From Candidatus Mnemosynella biddleae (GTDB lineage Archaea > Halobacteriota > Archaeoglobi > Mnemosynellales > Mnemosynellaceae), in contig MTMI02000007.1 in the NCBI GenBank assembly GCA_002011165.2, positions 159,970-223,969 of the forward strand: a stretch of DNA of 64,000 nt, read 5' to 3'. Numbering within the stretch: the first letter of the stretch is position 1; each line of letters opens with the position of its first letter. This document shows positions 10,006-19,933 of this stretch, piece after piece. Below the pieces are notes generated by a model. The model searched no databases. It saw only the letters and a list, made by a program, of their open reading frames with translations, and had not been told where the DNA came from. The translations under genes and the position numbers were made by a program.

Positions 10006-10311
10006 TTAACTGTACTCTCTCCAGACTTTACCACATGAAGTGCATTTGAAGAATCTAACTTCTGGTTCATCAGCAGATCTCAATTGTCTCGTCCACCAGT
10101 AAGCTGTGTTGTTTCCACACTCTGGACATTTAGTTTGAGTGGTGGGAAGTGTTCCTTTCATCTCCTCCTCAACAACTGGGACTTCTCTTTCTCTCTCCTC
10201 CATAGTGGTCACGAGTTTACTCTTTTTTGGTTTAACAAAACCACATTTTCTGCATTTCATTCCCTCTTCACATGGGATCATCAAACTTTTACACTTTGGG
10301 CAGAATTCCAT
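10006..10311 (-). CDS. tfs: transcription factor S
   Basis: Two Zn ribbons (CPKC/CRKC; CPEC/CTSC) and QLRSADEP acidic hairpin. Confidence 0.95.
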   Translation of the reverse strand: MEFCPKCKSLMIPCEEGMKCRKCGFVKPKKSKLVTTMEEREREVPVVEEEMKGTLPTTQTKCPECGNNTAYWWTRQLRSADEPEVRFFKCTSCGKVWREYS

Positions 10312-10372
10312 TGAATCACCTCCAGTTAATGGGAGTCACAATAATATATAATGCCCTCGGAAATTTTTTTCG

Positions 10373-10774
10373 GTGATAAAAATGAGACCTCCTCTTATCA
10401 CTGTGGATGGAGTCCTAATAGAGAAGGAGAAGATTCTCCTCGTCAAGAGACTTAAAGATCCGTTTAAAGGTATGTGGGCCCTTCCTGGAGGTTTTGTTGA
10501 GCTGAATGAGACGGTAGAGGAAGCAGTGATAAGAGAAGTGAAAGAAGAGACTGGAATTGAAGCAGAAATTCTAAGACTTGTGGGAGTTTATTCTGATCCA
10601 AAAAGAGACCCAAGAGGTCACGTCATAAGCATTGCTTTTCTCCTTAGAAGGGCTGGAGGAGAGTTAAAAGCTGGAGATGATGCAGAGAGAGTAGCTTTTC
10701 ACCCTTTGAAAGAGCTACCTCCCATGGCTTTTGATCATAGGAAGATAATCGAAGATGCATTAAAATTACTCTAA
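10373..10774 (+). CDS. Nudix hydrolase (ADP-ribose pyrophosphatase-like)
   Basis: Nudix box GGFVELNETVEEAVIREVKEETG; RDPRGH; AFDH. Confidence 0.9.
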   Translation: MIKMRPPLITVDGVLIEKEKILLVKRLKDPFKGMWALPGGFVELNETVEEAVIREVKEETGIEAEILRLVGVYSDPKRDPRGHVISIAFLLRRAGGELKAGDDAERVAFHPLKELPPMAFDHRKIIEDALKLL

Positions 10775-10790
10775 TTATATGAGCTCATAA

Positions 10791-10804
10791 GAAAAGTTTA
10801 TATT
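10791..10804 (+). promoter_or_regulatory. BRE/TATA promoter of the synthase-dehydrogenase-dehydratase operon
   Basis: GAAAAG-TTTATATT ending about 27 nt before GTG 10831. Confidence 0.6.
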
Positions 10805-10830
10805 ATATGTATTAAGAATGTAGTAAATCG

Positions 10831-12066
10831 GTGGTGAGCTTGAGGAGTTACGAGGAGATTCCAAAGATGGAGTTGCCTTCTACTCTTACGGTTACTGATT
10901 GCACAGTCAGAGATGGAGCTCAGATGCCCGGAGTTGTGATGGGTTTTGAGCATAAAGTAAAAATCTATGAGTTTCTCCATGAGATGGGAGTCGATAAAAT
11001 CGAGTGTTTCCTTCACAACGAAAGAGACAGAAAAGCGGTTAAAGAGATGCTTCAGAGAGGATATGACAAACCAGAGGTTACTGCATGGAGCAGAGCCAAG
11101 AAAGAGGATATAGATCTTGTTTTGAAGTTCGATGGAATAGAGGAGACAGGAATGCTGATGTCGGTCTCGGATGCTCATCTTTTTGACAAGATAAGGTTCT
11201 CATCCAAGGAAGAAGCGATGAACAAATATCTTGAGGCTTTTGAATATGCAGTAGATCACGGTTTAAGAGTAAGGGTACATCTCGAAGACATTACACGAGC
11301 GGATTTAGAAAACTTCGTAATTCCTCTTGTGAAAGAGACTTTGAAGAGATCAAAAAAGACAATTTACAGAATTTGCGATACACTGGGTTTTGGATTACCT
11401 TATCCTGAAGCTCCACTCCCCTTCGGAATTCCAAAGATGATCTCACTTTTCAGAGATATCGGAGCGAAGAATATTGAAATGCACATGCATGATGACTTTG
11501 GGCTAGGAGTCGCTAATTCAATTGCGGGTTATCTCTACGGAGCAACTTCAGTTAGCGGGACACTTCTGGGGATAGGTGAAAGAGCAGGAAATGCGGAAAT
11601 AGAAGAGATACTTTTAATCCTGATTACTAGGTTCAAGGGATTTGAAGAGAAGTACAGCTTGAGACTAATCTCCGAAGTTAAGAAATTCTTCGAAAAAGAG
11701 CTTGGTGTGAAGATTCCAAAGAACAAAGCGGTTGTAGGAGATAATATTTTCTCTCATGAGAGCGGAATTCATACTGCGGGAGTTATCAGAAATCCTTTCA
11801 CATATGAGCCCTATCCCCCTGAGCTCGTTGGAGCACGGAGAAAACTCTTCATAGGGCCTACATCTGGCTCAGAGGTCGTGAGATACAAGGTGGAGGAAAT
11901 TCTCAAAGAGATGAGTGACAATGGAGTGGAGTTGAAGAAAAATCATCCTCTTGTGAAGAAAGTCTTCGAGGAAATTAATAGAATGTATGATGAGGGAAGG
12001 AAGACGATCATCCGAGATGAGGAACTCAGAGAAATCGTGAAAAAATACGTAGAGGGTCTTGCATGA
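10831..12066 (+). CDS. DRE-TIM acyl-CoA condensing enzyme, Re-citrate synthase-like
   Basis: DCTVRDGAQ, HMHDD, GIGERAGNA, HESGIH; plus PEVTAW, ETGMLMSVSD, HLEDITRAD, CDTLGFG.PYP..LP recalled from the Re-citrate synthase clade; no LeuA regulatory domain. Confidence 0.75.
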   Translation: MVSLRSYEEIPKMELPSTLTVTDCTVRDGAQMPGVVMGFEHKVKIYEFLHEMGVDKIECFLHNERDRKAVKEMLQRGYDKPEVTAWSRAKKEDIDLVLKFDGIEETGMLMSVSDAHLFDKIRFSSKEEAMNKYLEAFEYAVDHGLRVRVHLEDITRADLENFVIPLVKETLKRSKKTIYRICDTLGFGLPYPEAPLPFGIPKMISLFRDIGAKNIEMHMHDDFGLGVANSIAGYLYGATSVSGTLLGIGERAGNAEIEEILLILITRFKGFEEKYSLRLISEVKKFFEKELGVKIPKNKAVVGDNIFSHESGIHTAGVIRNPFTYEPYPPELVGARRKLFIGPTSGSEVVRYKVEEILKEMSDNGVELKKNHPLVKKVFEEINRMYDEGRKTIIRDEELREIVKKYVEGLA

Positions 12067-13061
12067 AAAAAGTGGGGATAATAAGAGGCGATGGAATAGG
12101 AAAAGAAATAATTCCCCCTGTTGTGGAAATATTGAACTCTTTCGCTCCTTTAGAGATTCTGGAAATAGAAGCGGGTTATTCAAAATGGAAAAAATGTGGA
12201 GAAGCAATCTCTGAAGAGGATCTTGAAATTCTCGAAGAAGTTGATGCCATCTTCAAGGGTCCTACTGCAACTCCAAGCGGAAGAGGAACCTTTAGAAGCG
12301 TGAACGTCACTCTCAGAAAGCACTTTGATCTTTATGCCAACGTTAGGCCGATAAAGTCTTATGGAGTTAAGTACGGCGCTTTGAGAGAGAATGTTGATAT
12401 GATAATCATAAGGGAGAATACAGAAGGACTTTATAGCGGAATAGAGTTCTCTATCGGAAATCTTGCTCAGAGTGTAAGAGTAATAACGAGAAGAGGAGCT
12501 GAAAGAATCTGCAGATTCGCTTTCGAATTTGCAAAGAAAGAAGGGAGAAAAAAAGTAACACTGGTTCATAAGGCCAACATACTCAAGGAGACTTGCGGAC
12601 TCTTTTTGGAAGTTGGGAAAGAAGTCTCCAAAGAATTCGGGGGAATAGAGTTTGAAGATATGATAGTTGATGCAACCGCTATGAGGATGGTCCGATCTCC
12701 AGAAAACTTCGACGTTATAGTTACAACTAATCTCTTCGGAGATATACTTAGCGATCTTGCCCTTGGAATTGTTGGGTCACTCGCTCTCGGAGGAAGTGCA
12801 AATATAGGGGATGAAAAAGCTCTTTTCGAACCAGTTCACGGAAGTGCTCCTGATATAGCAGGAAAAGGAATTGCAAATCCGGTTGGAGCTCTAATTTCAG
12901 GAGGTATGATGCTGAAATATCTAGGATTCGAGAAAGAGGGAGAGGAAATTCTTAATGCTGTTGAGAGGAGTTTAAAGGAAGGAAAAGTCCTCACTCCAGA
13001 TCTCGGTGGAAATGCGAAAACCGATGAGTTCCTCAGATATTTCGAATCGAAGTTGAGGTGA
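12063..13061 (+). CDS. beta-decarboxylating dehydrogenase, isocitrate dehydrogenase-like
   Basis: GDGIG, RENTEGLY, HKAN, NLFGDILSD, EPVHGSAPDIAG; RSVNVTLR substrate motif of IDH type. Confidence 0.8.
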   Translation: MKKVGIIRGDGIGKEIIPPVVEILNSFAPLEILEIEAGYSKWKKCGEAISEEDLEILEEVDAIFKGPTATPSGRGTFRSVNVTLRKHFDLYANVRPIKSYGVKYGALRENVDMIIIRENTEGLYSGIEFSIGNLAQSVRVITRRGAERICRFAFEFAKKEGRKKVTLVHKANILKETCGLFLEVGKEVSKEFGGIEFEDMIVDATAMRMVRSPENFDVIVTTNLFGDILSDLALGIVGSLALGGSANIGDEKALFEPVHGSAPDIAGKGIANPVGALISGGMMLKYLGFEKEGEEILNAVERSLKEGKVLTPDLGGNAKTDEFLRYFESKLR

Positions 13062-14314
13062 TTTTTATGGAAACAATGGTCGAGAAGATTCTAGGAAGGA
13101 AGATCGGGAGAAAGGTCTCTCCCGGGGAGTTAATCGCAGTTCAGGTGGATCTCGTTTTCGCTCATGATGGGACAATGCCTCTTGCGATTCAGCAGATGGA
13201 AAAGCATCTTGGAACGAGAAAAGTTTTCGATAGTGAGAAAGTTGTTGCAATATGCGATCACGCGGTTCCACCTCCATCTGAGAGAGTTGCGAATGTCCAC
13301 AAATTCGTAAGAGAATTTGCAAAAGAGAACGGAATTAAAATCTACGAAAACGGAGATGGGGTCTGTCATCAGATAATCGCAGAGAATTATTCTGCTCCTT
13401 GGAAAGTGATAATAGGTGCGGACTCTCATAGCTGTACTCACGGCGCTCTCGGAGCATTCGCCACTGGTATGGGAAGTACTGATGTAGCTGCAATTATGGC
13501 TTACGGGATGACGTGGTTGAGAGTCCCAGAAAGTATCAAGATTGAACTTACAGGAGAGCTTCCGAGAAGAGTTCTTTCAAAAGACGTTTTTTTAACACTT
13601 CTTGGAATTCTCGGTGCGGATGGAGCAACTTATCAAACTCTTGAGTTTCTCGGAGAGGGAATCAAGGCTATGAGTGTTGGAGAGAGGATGACTCTGACTA
13701 ATATGGCGATAGAGGCGGGAGCAAAAACTGGAATATGTGAAGCAGACGAAAAGGTCAGAGAATTTCTGAGAGAGAATGGAAGAGAAAACGAATTTCAACC
13801 GCTTCATCCTGATGTCTCAGCATATTACAAAGATGAGATTATTCTGGAATCGGAGAGAATTGAGCCAATGGTTGCGTGCCCTCACAAGGTTGATAACGTA
13901 AAGAGTGTTAGTGAGGTTGAAGGTTTGGAAATTGATGTCGTCTGTCTCGGCTCTTGCACGAATGGAAGAATAGAGGATCTTAGAGTTGCTGCAGAAATCT
14001 TAAAGGGAAAGAAAGTCCATCAAGAGGTCAGATTCATTGTTTATCCAGCTAGCAGAAAGGTTTTGATGAGAGCTTATGAGGAAGGAATTATTGACGTCTT
14101 TCTTTCAGCTGGAGCATCAATAGGAGTTCCAGGATGCGGTTTCTGTATAGGAAGAGTCGTTGCAGTTGGAGATGGGGAGAGAGTTCTCTCAACCCAGAAC
14201 AGAAATTTTTTGGGAAGAATGGGTAATAATAAGGCAGAAATTTATCTCTCCTCCCCCGCAACAGCAGCAGCATCTGCTATCACAGGAAAAATCACTGATC
14301 CTCGGGAGGTGTGA
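13058..14314 (+). CDS. two-subunit aconitase-family hydro-lyase, large subunit (LeuC/HacA-type)
   Basis: HDGT, DH, GADSH, GSCTNG, PGCGFC, STQNRNF.GRMG. Confidence 0.9.
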   Translation: MIFMETMVEKILGRKIGRKVSPGELIAVQVDLVFAHDGTMPLAIQQMEKHLGTRKVFDSEKVVAICDHAVPPPSERVANVHKFVREFAKENGIKIYENGDGVCHQIIAENYSAPWKVIIGADSHSCTHGALGAFATGMGSTDVAAIMAYGMTWLRVPESIKIELTGELPRRVLSKDVFLTLLGILGADGATYQTLEFLGEGIKAMSVGERMTLTNMAIEAGAKTGICEADEKVREFLRENGRENEFQPLHPDVSAYYKDEIILESERIEPMVACPHKVDNVKSVSEVEGLEIDVVCLGSCTNGRIEDLRVAAEILKGKKVHQEVRFIVYPASRKVLMRAYEEGIIDVFLSAGASIGVPGCGFCIGRVVAVGDGERVLSTQNRNFLGRMGNNKAEIYLSSPATAAASAITGKITDPREV

Positions 14315-14823
14315 AATTGGAGATAGAGGGAATCGTTCTCAGAGTATTTCCCAGAGATACAAACACTGATGAGATCATCTCAGGAAAATATAAATATGAC
14401 GAACTCGATTTAGAGAAACTTGCCGTTCATACCTTTGAGGCAATAGATGAGAAGTTTTACGAGGATGCTAAAAGAACTGAAAATCCGATTTTGGTCGCAA
14501 GGGAGAATTTCGGATGTGGATCTTCGAGAGAACAGGCGCCTCAGGTTCTGAAAGCATGTGGAATAAAGTGCATAATAGCGGATTCTTTTGCGAGGATATT
14601 CTACAGAAATGCATTCAACATAGGATTACCTCTGATTGAATGTCCTGGATTTTCAGCAGAACCTGGAGATAGAGTTCTTGTGGATCTGAAGAAAGGTAAA
14701 GTTGTAAATCTGATGAAAGATATGACTTATGAGTTCAAACCTATTCCAATGTTCATTCGGAAGATACTCGATGCCGGAGGTCTGTTGGAGTATTTGAAGA
14801 GAGAGGGTGGCTTTAAAGTTTAA
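14311..14823 (+). CDS. two-subunit aconitase-family hydro-lyase, small subunit (LeuD/HacB-type)
   Basis: [33 protein letters not shown]. Confidence 0.9.
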   Translation: MKLEIEGIVLRVFPRDTNTDEIISGKYKYDELDLEKLAVHTFEAIDEKFYEDAKRTENPILVARENFGCGSSREQAPQVLKACGIKCIIADSFARIFYRNAFNIGLPLIECPGFSAEPGDRVLVDLKKGKVVNLMKDMTYEFKPIPMFIRKILDAGGLLEYLKREGGFKV

Positions 14824-14856
14824 CTTTTTATAAGATGAGATTCTAAACAATTTATA

Positions 14857-15114
14857 ATGGTGGAACAGTTGGAAGAAGTGGGTAGAGTTTTTAAGTATTT
14901 CCAAAAAATCGGAGTTGCGGCAGTAGAACTTAAAAGAGATTTGAAAATTGGGGATACTATAGTCATAAGAGGGGCAACCACGAATTTAGTTCAGAAGGTA
15001 ACCTCACTGCAAAAGAATGGAGTTCCGATCTCTCATGCAAAAGCAGGCGATGAAGTGGGTATAAAAGTGGAAGATAGGGTCAGACCAGATGATCTGGTTT
15101 TCAAGAAACTCTGA
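14857..15114 (+). CDS. small EF-Tu domain-II-like beta-barrel protein
   Basis: VGRVFKYFQKIGVA, LKIGD.I.I.G, AKAGDEVGIKV...VR..D.VF. Confidence 0.75.
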   Translation: MVEQLEEVGRVFKYFQKIGVAAVELKRDLKIGDTIVIRGATTNLVQKVTSLQKNGVPISHAKAGDEVGIKVEDRVRPDDLVFKKL

Positions 15115-15898
15115 GGAATTCCGAGAGATCTTTCAGAGATTTAAAAACAAAATCCGGTCTATCTTCCAGAGGAAGAAGCTCCAGATCTTCTTTTCTCGTA
15201 ATTCCAGTTAGTACAAGTGCTGTTTTGAGTTTTAGAGCTCTTCCAGAGGCAACATCTGTGTCCAGTCTATCTCCAATAAGAAGAATCTCCTCAGCTTTAC
15301 TTCCAACTTTCTTCTTCACGAAAGATAGCATGAGAGGTGACGGTTTTCCAACGACTATATCTGCTTTTCTTCCACTGGCAGCTTCAATTGATGCTAAAAC
15401 TGATCCAGATCCTGGTTCAAGACCTCTTTGGCTGGGAAACGTAACATCTTGATTTGTCGCTATGAACATTGCACCTCTTCTAACAGCTCTCGCAGCCAGC
15501 GAGATCTTCTCGTAATTTATCCCTCTATCCATTCCTACTACAACTGCTTCTATATCACTCGGCTTTGCATCCACATTGAGGATCTCATGTCCAGCTTCCT
15601 TCAACTCTTTAATCAGACCTCTCTCGCCTACCGGGAAAATTTTTTTAACTCCAAACTCTTCAAGTATGAACTCTGCTGTTACACTCGCACTTGTGAAAAC
15701 TCTGGTTTTCTCAATTTTAATCCCTTTTTCTATGAACTTATGAATGTAATCCTCCCGGTGTCTTGTGCTGTTGTTTGTTAGTAAAAAGATCTCATGAGTC
15801 TCTGAAAGCTCTTTCAGCACTTCTGGAGCTCCCGGGATGAACTCATTTCCTCTGTATATTACGCCATCTATATCGAACACGAGTTTTCGAAATTTCAT
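15101..15898 (-). CDS. HAD-superfamily IIA phosphatase (NagD-like)
   Basis: FDIDGV, LTNNS, GKPS, IGDRLDTD. Confidence 0.92.
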   Translation of the reverse strand: MKFRKLVFDIDGVIYRGNEFIPGAPEVLKELSETHEIFLLTNNSTRHREDYIHKFIEKGIKIEKTRVFTSASVTAEFILEEFGVKKIFPVGERGLIKELKEAGHEILNVDAKPSDIEAVVVGMDRGINYEKISLAARAVRRGAMFIATNQDVTFPSQRGLEPGSGSVLASIEAASGRKADIVVGKPSPLMLSFVKKKVGSKAEEILLIGDRLDTDVASGRALKLKTALVLTGITRKEDLELLPLEDRPDFVFKSLKDLSEFLRVS

Positions 15899-15930
15899 AT
15901 CTTCGGAATTTGCGTGAGAGTAGATAATTC

Positions 15931-16620
15931 TTATCTCAGTCTCAGGAGCTCGATTGCATTTCTCAGAGCTTCAATGTGAAGTTGACCTTCTGCTGCACTT
16001 CTCGAAATACATCCATAAGTGAGAACTGAACCGTAAAGAGGAGCGACAACTCTTGAATATTTGCCAATTTCTCCCATGGAAATCACACAAATCGGATCTC
16101 CTCTGAATTTCAGAAGAAGTCGAAGGACTCTCAGAACATCCTCATGCTCCGTTGGTCTTACAGCAAGTTTTGCAATATCTCCTATTTTCAAAGATTCTCT
16201 CAAAACTCTTTCCATGAACTCATCAGAAGGAGTCTGGTAAATATCATGATAGGAAACGATGCACTCAATACCCTTTTCTTTGCACTTTTCTACAATTTCA
16301 TCTCTTATTTCGGAGTTCAGTTCAATATCGAGCATATCCGCAAGAGGGAGAAGCGAGAGAAGTCTCTCCTTCCTATTCTCCTCATCTCCTTCGTAGAAAC
16401 CTCCATCCTCTTTTCTTCTGAAGGTGATGAGGATTGGAAGCTCAGTGGAGTCACGAATCTTTCTGACAGTCTCATCACTCATCGTGTCTATCCTGAGCTC
16501 TAAAATATCTGCACCGCACTCTTCAGCTCTCTTTGCATCACTCAGAGCACCATCACCCAGAAGAGAAGCAACTATCCTGAAATTATCTTTCGATGATTCT
16601 CTCTTCAACCTTTTTTCCAA
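15931..16620 (-). CDS. aroD: 3-dehydroquinate dehydratase type I (start uncertain)
   Basis: ELRID, TFR...GG, SYH, IAKLA (Schiff-base Lys), ISMG..G..SR, A.GQ; TTG 16620 has GGAGG upstream. Confidence 0.9.
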   Translation of the reverse strand: MEKRLKRESSKDNFRIVASLLGDGALSDAKRAEECGADILELRIDTMSDETVRKIRDSTELPILITFRRKEDGGFYEGDEENRKERLLSLLPLADMLDIELNSEIRDEIVEKCKEKGIECIVSYHDIYQTPSDEFMERVLRESLKIGDIAKLAVRPTEHEDVLRVLRLLLKFRGDPICVISMGEIGKYSRVVAPLYGSVLTYGCISRSAAEGQLHIEALRNAIELLRLR

Positions 16621-17650
16621 AGTGCCTTCCTCCAGAAGAAAGGTGGACAAGAACCTTATCTCCAGGTCTCAGTTTGGTAACAGAGACTGGCTCCCCCCTC
16701 TCATTCACAAGCTTTATAGTTTCAGCATTCTGGAGAATTACAGAGAATTCTCTACCATCACTTCTAGCTCTTACTAGGATCATGGGTCTGCTCTCTATTT
16801 TCACTCTCCCAACCCATGAAGCTCTGGCTTCGCCCTCTACATTCACAATCATGACTTCGTCTCCTGCCTTTAATTCAGAGAGGTACTTTGTTCTCTCTCC
16901 AATCAAGATATAAGAGTGAACAGCTCCTGCGTTAACTCGAAATGGTCTTGCGGAGACATAAGAACTCTCTTCCGATTCTGAATGGACCAAAAAGAATGCA
17001 TCTGATTGCGATCCAATAAGCATACCCTCTCCAATATTCATGAGAGTGCATGTATCCACACAGACTCTATCTCCAAGACCTATTTGTTTTACTTCGATTA
17101 TTTCTGCCTCTTTAAGTTCTACTTTTCCTATCTCTTTCTTCACCGCATCTGTAATTCTCTTCATCAATTCTCTCGATTCTGTGGTTATAAGAACTCCGTC
17201 TGCACCTCTCTCGAGAATTTGAGTGACGAGTTCCGCCTCTTTTTCATCACTTACAACTACGATCAGTTTGCCTCCGTGGGTCTGAAGCGATGCAATTAGA
17301 TTCTCCAGTGGTATTATTTTCCAGTCTTGAGTGCTTACTATGAGATAATCCACATACTTTGAGATCTCCTCCGCTCTTAACTGATCTTCTGCACTTCTTA
17401 TTCTCATCATCACTGCAATTTCAGCACTCACGTTCACTCCTATTTCTTCGGGAGAAAGGATGACTATATCTGCTCCAAGCTCTCCATTCACTTTTGATGC
17501 AACTTTGATTTTTCCAAGCTGTCTTACTTTTTCGATCTCTTCACCTCTCACAATAATACAGTCAATTCCACTTTCAAGAGCAGATGTTACTTTCTCCTTT
17601 TTCTCTTCCCACGGGATTTCTTCATCTGCCTTAAGCCAGACCTCCCTCAC
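16583..17650 (-). CDS. aroB': 3-dehydroquinate synthase II (archaeal)
   Basis: [41 protein letters not shown]. Confidence 0.95.
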   Translation of the reverse strand: MREVWLKADEEIPWEEKKEKVTSALESGIDCIIVRGEEIEKVRQLGKIKVASKVNGELGADIVILSPEEIGVNVSAEIAVMMRIRSAEDQLRAEEISKYVDYLIVSTQDWKIIPLENLIASLQTHGGKLIVVVSDEKEAELVTQILERGADGVLITTESRELMKRITDAVKKEIGKVELKEAEIIEVKQIGLGDRVCVDTCTLMNIGEGMLIGSQSDAFFLVHSESEESSYVSARPFRVNAGAVHSYILIGERTKYLSELKAGDEVMIVNVEGEARASWVGRVKIESRPMILVRARSDGREFSVILQNAETIKLVNERGEPVSVTKLRPGDKVLVHLSSGGRHFGKKVEERIIER

Positions 17651-18453
17651 TTGAGAACCTCCATGGCGGTTTTAACATCTACATTTTCATGCACAATCAA
17701 TGAAATAGCTCTTGTTATCTTCTCTGGATCATCATGCTGAAATATGTTTCTTCCTATTGCTACTCCACTTGCTCCTCCATCCATTGCTCCCCTTACCATC
17801 TTCAGTATCTCTTCATCGCTTCCCATTTTCGGACCTCCAGCTATGACCACCGGAACGGGACATCCTCTCACAACTTCTCTAAAGCTCTCAGGATTTCCGG
17901 TGTAGTTTGTTTTAACTATGTCTGCACCAAGCTCTGCACCAACGCGGGCGACATGAGCGACAATCTTAGGATCATAAGGATTGGTGATCGAAGGTCCTCT
18001 GGGGTACATCATTGCAAGTAAAGGCATACCCCACTCTTCACATTTTGCTGCAACTTTTCCTAGTTTTACAAGTTGCTCTGCTTCGGTTTTTGACCCAACG
18101 TTTATATGCACACTTACTGCATCTGCTCCGAGTTTCAGCGCTTCTTCAACTTCTGTGACGAGAACTTTCTCATTAGGATCAGGGGAGAGGCTTGTGCTGG
18201 CTGAGAGATGAATAATAAGTCCTATATCTCTCCCATATCCTCTATGGCCAGCTTTGACCATTCCCTTCTGTTGCACGACTGCGTTGGCTCCACCATTTGC
18301 CACTTTGTCTATTGTTTCGGGTAAATTTTCCAGTCCCTTTACAGGTCCTATAGAAATTCCATGATCCATCGGGACTATTACGGTGTTCCCACTTCTTCTG
18401 TCAATTATTCTCTCTATTCTTATCTTTTTCCCTATTTCACTCATAGCACTCAC
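17647..18453 (-). CDS. aroA': 2-amino-3,7-dideoxy-D-threo-hept-6-ulosonate synthase
   Basis: PMDHG, MMYPRG, GADIVKT, IAGGPK, GRNIFQ; coupled to aroB'. Confidence 0.93.
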   Translation of the reverse strand: MSAMSEIGKKIRIERIIDRRSGNTVIVPMDHGISIGPVKGLENLPETIDKVANGGANAVVQQKGMVKAGHRGYGRDIGLIIHLSASTSLSPDPNEKVLVTEVEEALKLGADAVSVHINVGSKTEAEQLVKLGKVAAKCEEWGMPLLAMMYPRGPSITNPYDPKIVAHVARVGAELGADIVKTNYTGNPESFREVVRGCPVPVVIAGGPKMGSDEEILKMVRGAMDGGASGVAIGRNIFQHDDPEKITRAISLIVHENVDVKTAMEVLK

Positions 18454-18517
18454 CTTGCTACTATGTTACTTAGTCGCATATTAACACAAAATATTTAAGG
18501 TTTTCTGTTTCTGAAGT

Positions 18518-19306
18518 TTGATGACCATGAAAGTTGGGGTACTTGGACCTCCTGGAACTTACTCAGAGAAGGCGGCACTCAGAAAATTCTCCAAAGATTC
18601 GCTGGTTTACTTCAAGAGCATTACCGAAATAGTTGAAAAAGTTAGTAGGGGTGAGATTGAGAAAGGCGTCATTCCTATTGAAAACTCGCTCGAGGGAGGC
18701 GTCACTGAAAGCCTTGATGCACTGGTTGAACATGAGGTAGGAATCGTTGATGAAATACTTCTGGAAATCCGCCATTGTCTTGTTGCAAAAGATGATTCAG
18801 AAATCACCATAATTCTCTCTCATCCTCAAGCTCTTGCTCAGTGTAGGAAATTTTTGAATCGAAAATATCCGAATGTTGAGTTGAGAGAGGCTACGAGCAC
18901 GATGCATGCTGCAAAAATTGCGCAGGAGATAAAGGGCGTTGGCGCGATAGCTCCATGCAATTCCGCAGAGAAATACGGATTGAAGATAATCGAAAGAGAC
19001 ATTCAGGACGGGGAGAATGTAACAAGATTCTTTGTCATCTCCAAAAAACCGAGAATTGATGGCAGAAAATCCTCCATAATCGTTTTTCCGTTTGAGGATA
19101 AACCCGGGACTCTGGTCAGAATCTTGAAGCCATTTGCAGACGAAGGGATCAATCTCACTAAAATAGAGTCGAGACCCACCAAAAAAAGGCTTGGAGATTA
19201 TCTCTTCTTTATTGATTTTCAGGGATCTTTGAGCGAAGAAAGAGTAAAAAGAGCATTGAAGAAAGTCAGAAAGATCTCAAAGGTTAAGATACTGGGATCG
19301 TATTGA
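18518..19306 (+). CDS. pheA: prephenate dehydratase
   Basis: LGPPGTYSE, PIENSLEG, SHPQALAQC, TRF, NLTKIESRP ACT domain. Confidence 0.95.
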   Translation: MMTMKVGVLGPPGTYSEKAALRKFSKDSLVYFKSITEIVEKVSRGEIEKGVIPIENSLEGGVTESLDALVEHEVGIVDEILLEIRHCLVAKDDSEITIILSHPQALAQCRKFLNRKYPNVELREATSTMHAAKIAQEIKGVGAIAPCNSAEKYGLKIIERDIQDGENVTRFFVISKKPRIDGRKSSIIVFPFEDKPGTLVRILKPFADEGINLTKIESRPTKKRLGDYLFFIDFQGSLSEERVKRALKKVRKISKVKILGSY

Positions 19307-19908
19307 GTATGATAGAAATTTTATTCTACGGACTCTTCATGGGCTATACAGGAGCCATTCCACCTGGACCAGTTTTAGCATCTACGCTCCATTTTTCGAT
19401 GAGAAAAGGATTTCTCTCGGGTTTCAGAGTTGTTTTGGGTCATCTGGTAATAGAAGCTCTCCTTATACCACTCCTTTTAGCCGGAATAATCTCTGCTCTT
19501 CAGCATCATGAGGCATTCTTGGGGTTAATTGGAGGAGGGACTCTTATTATTTTTGGAGCTTTATTGATCAGGTCAGGAAGAGAAGAAATTAGAGATTCTT
19601 CGTTCGAAAGTCCTATTTTTGCGGGGGTGCTGACTTCTTCTTCGAATCCATACTTCTGGATCTGGTGGGCTACTGTAGGTCTTGCAATGCTCGGAGAAGC
19701 TGTGAAATACGCTTACGTTGGAATTGCCCTCTTTATTACAGGCCACTGGATTGCAGATCTTTCTTGGTATGCGTTCGTATCTTTCACAGCCTCGAAAACA
19801 TCTGGGGTGATGAGCGAGAGAAAAAGAACTCTTTTATTGAAGATAGTTTCGACTTCTATGATTCTTTTCGGAATTTACTTCATTCTCCGATCTCAGCACA
19901 TTTTATAA
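19303..19908 (+). CDS. LysE-family exporter
   Basis: IPPGP, GH, SNPYFWIWW; hydrophobic. Confidence 0.88.
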   Translation: MSMIEILFYGLFMGYTGAIPPGPVLASTLHFSMRKGFLSGFRVVLGHLVIEALLIPLLLAGIISALQHHEAFLGLIGGGTLIIFGALLIRSGREEIRDSSFESPIFAGVLTSSSNPYFWIWWATVGLAMLGEAVKYAYVGIALFITGHWIADLSWYAFVSFTASKTSGVMSERKRTLLLKIVSTSMILFGIYFILRSQHIL

Positions 19909-19933
19909 ATTTCAGAGACGAATTTTCAATGAG

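Noticed and set aside
10831..14823. Plain leuABCD or aks (coenzyme B) annotation
   Set aside because: Synthase lacks the LeuA regulatory domain, the dehydrogenase has an IDH-type SxN motif and the small-subunit loop is atypical; not excluded, but gene symbols withheld
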